Shown here: positions 54,306 through 64,000 of the stretch, piece after piece
Position numbering within the stretch: the first letter of the stretch is position 1
Layout: each line of letters opens with the position of its first letter
NCBI GenBank assembly: GCA_965202585.1
Contig: OZ241829.1
Coordinates: 73,594,001 to 73,658,000, forward strand
Source: Thalia democratica
Taxonomy: Eukaryota
Reading direction: 5' to 3'
DNA: 64,000 nt
Translations under genes and position numbers: made by a program
Notes under the pieces: generated by a model
Database searches by the model: none
What the model was told of the DNA's origin: nothing
Seen by the model: only the letters and a program-made list of their open reading frames with translations

Positions 54306-55814
54306 ACGAACCTTCAAACAGGCTTGTGAGAAACTCATAAAACTGTAACAACCTGAACCAAGAACAATTAAAGACACACATCAAAGAATATTAACATGCA
54401 AAGTTTAAAAATAAAATGATACAATATGAAAGATACTATTATTGAGTGCATGAATATAAAAATATGAATGAGCCTGCTCACAGAAAAAATATCTTGCCTG
54501 AGCCGCAACCTATTAACGGTAATCAAAGTCAGCATACATTTGTTGACTTTACGGAATACGTAAGATCCTAAAACAATCTTCAAAACAGTTTACAATAATT
54601 TGACCACAAAAAAATTTTAGAATCAAACTATTTGGTCCACTACATAGAAATAACGACATGCAACTAAAGACAGTATGTTAGTGAAGTGAAAGAAACAAAA
54701 AATGAACGTTCAAAATAAACATAAATCCAAAGGTTAACATTCCAAAGGTTAATAAAACCTAAAAATTGTTGTGAATAGTCGAGAGAACGTGGTCGTTTTG
54801 ATGCGAACAGGAAATACCGAAAACACGAAAATTTGATAAATGGTGTTTAACAGCAAATCTGAGCAGTTTAAGGAACGTTGTATCATATTTATGTAATGCT
54901 TTTTGAATTACATCACTTAACGGAAATGTAAAACTCATCACTATAAAACTAATGATACATAATTATTTGTCATCCAAGTATCAAAAACTGTGATAAGTTT
55001 TATACATTGTTTATTAAAATATACTACAATTGACATGCTGATGAACCACTGCTTTATGACTAGCTAAATCAGAATTACACAAGTAAAATTGAAAATATTT
55101 TTCCGTGATGAACTAGAAACCCTAAAGGTTGTCTTAACTAACAGAACAACCAATATTTTACCGTTAGGAAAAATGTAGAATCACGGTAGAAAAAGTTCTA
55201 GAAACTCCTAGGATACTAAAATATACTGAATTTATCACGGTAGAGGTTGTTTTACACAATGAAAACAAAACATAAACACAAAGATATTGGGCCGGAGAAC
55301 TAAATAAAATGATAACTGTAAAACGAGGTACTAAGATGATATACAAATGCACTGAGCGACAATTTTTGCATGGATTTCTCTTTTTTAGGTTTCAATTTTG
55401 CACGGGTGTCAATTTTTACATGAAGTCACTTTTGTACGACGTCACATTTTTACGGTTGTCATTTTGCAATAAGCATCTTGTCTAGAAGTTCTTATTAAAA
55501 ACTTTTTATAAAATTTTAGTAAGCAAAATTTACATGGTGCAAAAGTAAGAACTTTACAAAACTGACTACACGTGCAAAATTGACCCTTCGTTGTTTAAGT
55601 ATCTTCAAAGAGGGCGTAAATAGAAGTAGCTTAGGACTCCTTATATGGATCACAGTTATACAAAAGTCCTTAAATCATTTTTTCGAATTTAATTCAGGTT
55701 ACAACATCATAAGTAGTAGTTTTTAATGAGCTTACTTAATCAAAGACAAAGTTGTGCAACAAAAAGTTAGATCTAGTTACTTACACTATATGTATTGTAG
55801 ATATGAAAACTTAC

Positions 55815-55909
55815 TTGGAGTGTTTGCTGAGTTCGCGATTTCCAACTCTGATGTCAGCCTAAGAGGTCGTTGCTCATTTTACTTTCTCAAAAATAGCATC
55901 TCCGTCCAA
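55815..55909 (-). other. Exon-like segment, family E (95 nt, nonsense codon)
   Basis: Minus strand: TTTATTTTTTGAACAG| ... ACTCCAA|GTAAGT. Confidence 0.5.
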
Positions 55910-57844
55910 CTGTTCAAAAAATAAATTGAACATCAAATAATTTTTAATCATACTATTAATGAGTTTTGCGTATTTTGCTTTATAAACAGTTTATCATTGC
56001 CGTTTAAACCTACAGTTAAAGTTATGTTTTTTATTTTATGAGTTGACTATCCAAGCTATTTTTCAGGTTTTTTTATACAAAAAACTAAAAAAACATAAAA
56101 TTATTGTATTTCTTAACTAAATAATTAGTTTTCAATATTTAAAAAATTTACACAAGAATAATTAAAGAGCTAACACACGATCAACTTTTAGATTCATAGT
56201 TTGTTATTATATTTGTTGATTTAATAGGGTCACTCAGAGAAGTAAGCTTTGTAAGAGTGTAAGCTGTTGGTTTTACTTCTAAACGATCAACACTTATCAT
56301 TAACAATTGAAACTTTTCGACCTGAGTGTTTGTATAATTGACAAAAAATTTGATAACTTTTACTTCAAGCTGAAGTATTTTGACGTCACAAAAAACGTTC
56401 AGATTCTAAATTTGTGAATTAATTAAACCAGGTTAGTCGAAAATAAAATGGACATCGAGTTGCTATATAAAAAAATAAGAATTTTTGTATGATTTTAAAC
56501 TAAATGCACTGAAGTAATCAATTTGTTTTTTTTTTTTCGAAATTTATAATGAGAATGATAATTACAAATGTAAATAAACGTCTTATATAATAAAGTTTGA
56601 CTTTATAAAAACCAAGAGTTGATTGATGGCAAACATAATTCGGTTTGAGGACGTTTGCAGAGAACTCAAAGAGCTTGAATACCAGCACTGATGGGTAAGA
56701 TGAGCCAATAAACGCTACAAATGGGAATTTAATTAAAGAAAAAAGTTGAAAGAAGGAGAAAACAACAAAGTAAGTAAGTGATGCGGAGTAAGAAATTAAT
56801 TTTCATATATATTTGTTTTTTATTACTATTCATTAATCTATTTAATCCATCACTGTGCTTTAAATTATGTGTTTTTTTTTTGCAAGTAGTTTTATTTGCT
56901 TCAATATACTATGTGAGCTTATAGTTTAAAACAATGACCTGTCGATATCGCAAGCTGACAGCAAACAACCATTGTCAAAAACGCAGAAGAAACTTAAAAT
57001 TAAAAATTTAACAACAAATTATCTTAAGTTACTACAAATAATAGCTAAGAAAAACTACAATTAAAGTTTGTGAAGGTTAATAAAAATACTAACAGTGCAA
57101 ATTAATTTTATACAGTGTAAGTTGTTTGAGAAAGCAAAATTTTTCACTTAAAATAAATACATAAGATTTAAGAACCGTAAATTCTAAATAGCTTGGCAGT
57201 TGTTAATGTCGCTCACAGACAACTAAATTTAGAAGAACGAATTTCCATAAGAACTTTGCAAAACATTGCTGAAGTCCAATTTCAAAAAAAAGATATTGTA
57301 CTCTAAATCGACCAGAAGTCAAAGTGTTACTTCAGAACAAATCTAAGATCGATTTTGTTTTCAAAGTTAGTCAAAATACTTGAGCTGGTTCATTTCGACA
57401 CTTTTCGCTTAAAGAAGTTGATCCTCGATAATAACATACTTGCTTACAATGAAGCATAGAAGCACAAAATATTACTGGTAGCATCAGTAATAAACAAAGA
57501 GAAAGAAGTAAAACAAAAAACCTATTCAAAATTAGTTTGAAAATTTTAGTAAACAGCAAGCTATTGTCAGTAACAAGTGCTCAAGTTACAATTTCAATTT
57601 TAGCTCTCTTAAAAAAGCTTGTAGAAAGTAATAAATAGAAAATTATATAGATAAACCATAAACGTACAGTACACAAATCATAATTTATAACAAAAAAGTT
57701 TTAAACTTAATTAACTTAAATTTCACGTAAAGTAAATTGTCATAAATATTAGTTCTAAACTAAACTAATTAACCAATGACGAAAACACTAACAAAAATTA
57801 ATTCTTATAATTATAACAACATGATTATAAATATAACAACTTAC

Positions 57845-57944
57845 TTGAGTATTCCAGGGACTTAATTTCGAGTTACTATGTGTTCTTGTTGATAGATTGA
57901 TAGAGTAGTCGCTTCACCGATAGATTGTTCTAAACTCTGTCCAA
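57845..57944 (-). other. Exon-like segment, distant family E member (100 nt)
   Basis: Minus strand: ATTTTTTAACAG|TTGGACAGAG ... ATACTCAA|GTAAGT. Same acceptor context as the 55.9-kb copy. Confidence 0.4.
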
Positions 57945-60069
57945 CTGTTAAAAAATAATTTTTACTTATTCTGTTAAATTTGTAGAATATTGTTTGGTAC
58001 AAAGAGTAGTCTAGCATTTGAAGCTGTAATAGTTTTTCATTTTAGATCGTGATTATCACATTAAAAAATCACTTTTTATATTATCTTATAAAATAGCTGG
58101 CATAAAATTTCTAAAAAGTAATATACTTTTTGTGAGCTCAGCCGAAGTCTAGAGGAATAAAGTTAACTTTAAATATATATATATATAACAACGTCAGTTT
58201 CAATAAAGAGGGTAATTTGCAAATTACTGCTATTATATTCGTACAAGTTTGTTTCATTCGGACGTTTTCGGACAAACATATTAATAAACTAAAATTACCA
58301 GTTTATTGAACAAAAAAGAAAATGCTCCAAACGTTTTGATTTCACAACCTGTGTGTACAAAAACCTCTTAGTCATCGAGTTGTACACGACATCTTAATTT
58401 TTGAACTCTTAAGAAGTATTTATAATTATGCTATATGATTTGAACTGTGCAGAAGCAAGGTTCAAGTGAGATAATAACTTGAAAATAATTATTTTTAAAG
58501 CGCTAGATTGTTGGAGTTAGTTAGTTAAGTCATGATATATTACAATTGAATTTTTAAAGAATAAGTTTGAAAGTTGATTATTAATTTCTTTTTTTTTTAA
58601 GTTTTTAAACTTCAATATAATTTCTAGCTTTTGAATCTGTCTTTACAGATCGGTTGTTCTAAAAGTCTTCATGTTGTGCAGATGACTTACAAAATCAATT
58701 AACTTTTAAACATTCAAACATTGTACTTTTTATAGTATTAAGCAGATTATTCTTATAAATCTTTACAGTTAGCTCATTTTCATAAAAAGACAGTCAACGG
58801 TTTCAAATAGCTTAGTATCTAATATGGGTACGACTCAGCGTTTAAGGCAAAATTGATATACTTATTATAATGTGTACAGAACATAGTTTTATAAAGTCAA
58901 ACAAGTAGCTAAAACTTGTGGCAACTCTGCCTGTAATACCAAGTGTCGTATAAATCAACAGACATTGTAAGTAGCTCTTTTATTGTTTACAACAAAATCA
59001 ATCATTTAGCTTATCCAATACTTCGGGTGGACAATCTCTTCAGTCAAGACAAACATCTAACCAAACACGTACCAACTTTCAAACGTAAAATTAACACTCG
59101 CGTAAATTAACATAAAAAGTATATTAGCCTCCTACGACCACTTTTTTAATTAAAACTTTTCAATCGGTTTTTTTTTCTGTAGTTTATAAATATTAGTAGG
59201 CGAATGATCGGAGCTTCGGATAAATTATTGAAAGTAAATTTTTTAATTATTTTACACAATGAGTACAATTAACCATCCTTTCATTAAGATCGGAATATCG
59301 CAAAAGAGATGTGGACATAGAATCACTAAGTGCCAAGTTACGTGCAATTAGCATTTTTAACTGATCCATCTTCGTCAAAAGCAGATCTTTGTATTTTAAA
59401 AGTTGATGATTTTAATTTTTAAAACAAAGTAGATGAACACAAGCGTAAACAGGAGTTTGTTTTTACCCACTTAATGCGAAACACACTAAAATATAGGATA
59501 TCAGTCCAACTTTTCATGGGATTAAACAGAGTTTTGGAACTGTAGATAAATTCATGTGACGCAAAAGATTAAACACTAGAGAAGAAGCGAGATGAGTGAA
59601 AAACACATAAAGAAGCACTCGAAGTAGCAATCTCGAAGGAACAGCCTAGAAACCCGGTTTATAATATTGAAAAACCAAAAATATTGCTAAACAACTTTCA
59701 TTTATACACCGTTTGTCAACCGTGACGCATGTTTAACGAGTATATCATTGTGCAGTAACAATCAAAAAAATCCCGTTTGTTCGCAGTGAGTGACGGTTAG
59801 TTGTAAAGTATCGAAAACTGTGATGATTAGGAAGTTAAACAAACAATCAGACCAACTGACAACAAGTATTAATGCGTCAGAATAAATTTAACAGTCAAAA
59901 AATTTAAAAAAATAAACAGAAATTTCGTGATTACGAAGAATTTAAACATGAAAACAACAAGTCTGCTCATGCAAACAACTAGCTAGAAAAAGCACCACTT
60001 ACAAACCAACGGGGCACAAAGTCAACATAGGGTTGTTGCACAAAGATTGTCAACACAAACACCTTACTT

Positions 60070-60110
60070 AAACTGACAGATGACGTCATTAGCAGTTACG
60101 ACGTCACAGC
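60070..60110 (-). promoter_or_regulatory. Short-spaced CRE pair (10-nt spacer)
   Basis: TGACGTCA 60081, CGACGTCA 60099. Confidence 0.45.
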
Positions 60111-60254
60111 TTCAAACAGAATTAAGAACTTAGTGTAGTAACAAGCTTTTTATTTGCGCTTAAGTGATCTACATGGTAACTCACAAAATTGTTACGACCT
60201 GAGCTATTGAAATTCAAACACAAACATTAATGAATATGATTATGAAAAATATCA

Positions 60255-61020
60255 ATGTAAAGATTATAAACGATATCAAAGAAAACTACATGAATTAAAA
60301 TATTACTAATAAATTAAAACGTAGATGCAAAAAAATTGAATAAAAATTTGAGACAAAAACTATTCAAAAAATAAAGTATAATTTTTAAATTAAATTTTGA
60401 TTATGTAAACAGTAATAGGTTTCATCAGAAAATACTCAATTTAATTAATTTGTAGTTCAACTGAAAATAACATACGTATAGAAATAAAAGTAAAGTAAAC
60501 AAGGATTAAAATAAAACAAGCGACAAACTAAGCAAAAAAAAGTTTTAATTTTATTTTGTTAAGCACTTAATAACCATCATCTAAGCGTTTCAGAATATTT
60601 TTTGTACAAACATTTAGACCTAGTTTATACAAGCAACAGTGTGTTTATAAGTATAATCTTTATAAGTTGTTATAAGTCTTGTTTGTCGCTTATGATATTT
60701 TACTTATTGTTTTTTTACTATTAATTTTCTACGGAGGCTTATCTTAGTTGAATAACTAATTAAATTATAGTTATGTAATTATATACAATTAGTCTATTTC
60801 TAGTTAATTTTTTTTGATGTCTAATTTTATTATTTGAGTAATTTCTGATGAAACTTATAACTGTTTACTTACTCAAAGTTTATTTTAAAAATTAGTTGCT
60901 AAAAAGTATTTTTAATGGTTTGCTGAAATGAATTTTACTTATTTGCTAAATAAAAATGTTTTTAATAAGTATTGTCTTAAGTTTTTGTTTGATACCTGTA
61001 GTTCTTTAAATATTTGGCAA
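60255..61020. mobile_element. Long imperfect foldback, paralog of 46305-47075
   Basis: Arms 60407-60439 vs 60834-60866 (30/33). Confidence 0.55.
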
Positions 61021-61428
61021 AAAAACTAATCAAAGTACAATCTAAAGGAAATTTGTTACTCAATTTAGATAATAATTTGATTATAATCAGTGAGAGCGGA
61101 TTTCTAAAAAAGAGTGTTTATCAACTTAAGTATAGACAACCCTGCCCTATTGAACAATGTTTTGCATCGACTGACAATTAGATACAAAACGTAGTGCGCA
61201 CAGTAGCTTTTTGAAAAACTATAGGGGGGACGATTGCTGTTTAAATTTCTTAAAAGCGATTATTACGAAATTTAGCTTTAAAAAGCTGAAAAAGATCAAA
61301 GCTACACAAATGTACTCAACTTCATTTGTTTAAGACCATTTAGTATAAAACAATTTAAGTAGTAATTCTCAGTGAGCTTAATTAATGAGATATGTCAGCT
61401 TACATGTTTTATAAACATGAAAGCTTAC

Positions 61429-61524
61429 TTGGAGTGTTTGCATCATTCCATCAACTGCATCTTTCAACATTAGTGTCAGCTTGAAAGAATGTTGATTCCT
61501 ACCACAAAAACAAGCTGCCATCCT
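61429..61524 (-). other. Exon-like segment, family E paralog (acceptor mutated to CAA)
   Basis: Minus strand ORF MAACFCGRNQHSFKLTLMLKDAVDGMMQTLQ ends at ACTCCAA|GTAAGC. Confidence 0.35.
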
Positions 61525-62382
61525 TTGTTAAATTATTGAAAAATTAACATTTAATATATTTATTTTAATATAGATAACAGCTTTTCTTTAATTTTTAAAT
61601 CAATTAAATTAGTTTAATTCAAATTACTGGCTTCTACCACTAACGTATACCTATTTTATCTTAATACATTAATTTGAAACTAGAGATTTTCTGTTAATTA
61701 ATATGCAGTACATTTCAATAACACCACACGTCACCACTGCTTACAACATATTAATACAAATTAAAAATATGTTACTTAAAAACTTTGTGTGTTTTTGAAA
61801 AGTAACTTAATTATCAATACGTAACACAAAAGAAATCGTATTTAAAAGTTCTGATTTAAAAATCGTAGAATTCATTTTAACAGTATGTGTAAGTCTAACA
61901 AAGTATAGATAATTTAAAAAAACTCAATATTGCTTAAAATAAAACTTAATACTTTCGTTGTATTCTATATTTAACGATAAAATTGTAATTAAGTACTACT
62001 TTAGTTATAGTTTGACTAAGCAGTTTCAGTAAAATATGTAATATTTTAAATAAAAAACGTATTTCTCCGTATTAGTTTAGCTACTTTACAATAGTTGTAA
62101 AAACCAATGACATCATGTTTAAAAATGTATTTAAAATATTAGCTAATAATGTCAAAATTCTAACTTAAATAATTATATTGAAAATTTCAATGTTGCATTT
62201 ATAGATAGTTATAAAAATATTATTTTCAATTGTTGTTGCTAAACATACAAAGCAGATAAAACATTGAGAAAATTGTCTGACGATACAAAAACATTTATCC
62301 CGTTATTTCTCTATAGTTTTTGAGTTATAAGTAAACTAAAAAAATCTCAAGAAATACTTATTTCAAAAAGCCGCGCATAAAA

Positions 62383-62725
62383 TAGATGGCGGCAACACTT
62401 GAACGCAGGAAGTTTGCGATTTATTAACTTAAAACTGCTGCTTCACAAAGCTTAAGTGACGTCACAAAACTTGAGCATTAAAAAACTATTTGTTACGTCA
62501 CGATCGGCTTTTACCTCAAGAACAGACGCGTTTAAGTTTCACAGAAAGCATGTTGGGCCGCGCTCGGCAGGCCTTAAAATATTATGAATTCAACAAAGAC
62601 AGCAATATGATAATTAAGCGTGCTGCCACTTTGAACGTTACTCATACTGTGAAGGCGTTCAATCGCTGATGACGTCACTAAAAAGTCAATTTGATATATG
62701 ACGCAAGGAAAAAATGTGAGAGAAT
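62383..62725 (+). promoter_or_regulatory. Full CRE/hairpin cassette (paralog of 48620-48967)
   Basis: TAGATGGCG 62383, TGACGTCA 62457, TACGTCA 62494, hairpin 62555-62574, TGACGTCA 62670, TGACGC near 62700, GTGAGAG. Confidence 0.6.
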
Positions 62726-63261
62726 TTTTTTTACGCTGCCTTGGTATACCTGCTGTTTGGAAGACTAATTTTTTATGTGATTAAAAGATAATAATAAACA
62801 TACCAATTGCGATGATATTGTATATGTAGTCAAGATAAAATAAACAAAACTATTAATGGTACTAAATTTGAATCCGTAAGCAGGCTAATATTAACAAATA
62901 CAAAAATTAAGTTTAAGTACAATTTTAGGGCTAATAAAAATAACTATTAAAAGTAATTTAAAGCATGTATTTTTGCTAATAAAAACACAAGTATAAATAT
63001 AATCGTTAAATTTGAATAACAGTAGTGTGAGATAGATTTACGTGACGCAGATAACAAAACGAGTGAAATTATATAAGTGTAATCCTCAACGGATCAACCA
63101 TACTACAATATATGACCTACACCGAACGAGCCGACGACGGTAACTATTAAGTTGTCGGGATCAAAACATATATATAAAATCGGATTACCATCCTCCTCAC
63201 AGCGAGGAATACCTTCCCTTCCCCGATGGCTGTCATAAATGGGTGTCAGAAAAGCATGAGT

Positions 63262-63475
63262 CGTCACAGAGTGACACTTTAGCACGTAGTGACACTTTGG
63301 CACGGAGTGACACTTTAGCGCGGAGTGACACTTTGGCACGGATAGACCTTTTACCAAGGGTCGTCATTTAAGAACGAAGCAACACTAAATCACGGAGTGA
63401 CACTTTAACACGGAGTGGCATTCTGGCATGGTGTGAAACTTTGGCTCAAATTAACATTTTAGCTCGGTGTCACTC
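63262..63475. repeat. 18-bp module array, paralog of 49493-49706
   Basis: Tandem GGAGTGACACTTTRGCAC modules and an inverted terminal GTGTCACTCC. Confidence 0.75.
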
Positions 63476-64000
63476 CATTCTAACACTTTTATCGTTTAAA
63501 AAACGATTATGTTTGAATTGACAAAAACATACCGAATGCTTATATAATAAAAAAAAATATTTAGTATCTCAAAACAAAAGAAAGTGAATATTAAAATAAT
63601 ATTTTGTGTAATTGTGTCACAAATTTAAACTAAGGAATCAAAGTATATATATAAACAATATTTCAAACAATTTTACTTATAAACTTTTAAAGCACATTAG
63701 GGACAACGATAAGGTATGCTTTTGAACCGAAACTTAGTTTACAAAATTATTAGTTGTGTTACACCTAAATTGAGCCATATAAACATCATATTTATGTTAA
63801 AGTAAATTCAAATACTATCTTAATAATACTTAGTTACTACAATAATAATACTACAATAAATGTGTTTTTTCTGTAGCGTAATTTATTGATGTACCACCTA
63901 TTGTATGTAAACTAAGTATATGAAAAAAGTGGTGTAAGTAGAAACTACTACTATAAATCTAAATCAATGTTAAACAAAAATTAACTTATGAGTGTAAAAT

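Larger units (their letters stand above)
52100..64000. repeat. Tandem array unit U4 (runs off the window end)
   Basis: Colinear with U3. Lacks about 1.2 kb around the hairpin cassette (junction near 56620) and lacks the 43-kb MITE. Confidence 0.85.

Overview
This is a very AT-rich (about 75% AT by eye) eukaryotic window with no intact protein-coding gene, rRNA, tRNA or CRISPR array. Base composition and transposon types resemble a Hydra-like invertebrate, but that is inference only. Clear mobile elements are two non-autonomous hAT elements with perfect 8-bp TSDs (691-1768, 27231-27490), a decayed 3.1-kb Buster/Spin-type hAT (16832-19925), and several MITE/foldback remnants. From about 19.9 kb to the window end the DNA is a diverged tandem array of four units (about 19.9-27.6, 27.6-36.9, 36.9-52.1 and 52.1->64 kb); older paralogous fragments lie in the first 17 kb. 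The most unusual signal is a recurring cassette of about 300 bp: [AAGATGGCG] - CRE - CRE - a 6-7-bp hairpin whose stem changes in compensatory fashion - a GTAAAAATT-like box - CRE - TGACG - TGAGAG. I counted 32 perfect TGACGTCA sites against about 0.3 expected. The cassettes are interleaved with eight paralogous 80-100-nt minus-strand exon-like segments that keep their splice signals but share no ORF. Together this suggests an undescribed array of promoter-driven small or long non-coding RNA genes; this is a hypothesis that needs expression data. Coordinates were read by eye, and the edges of diverged repeats are approximate.
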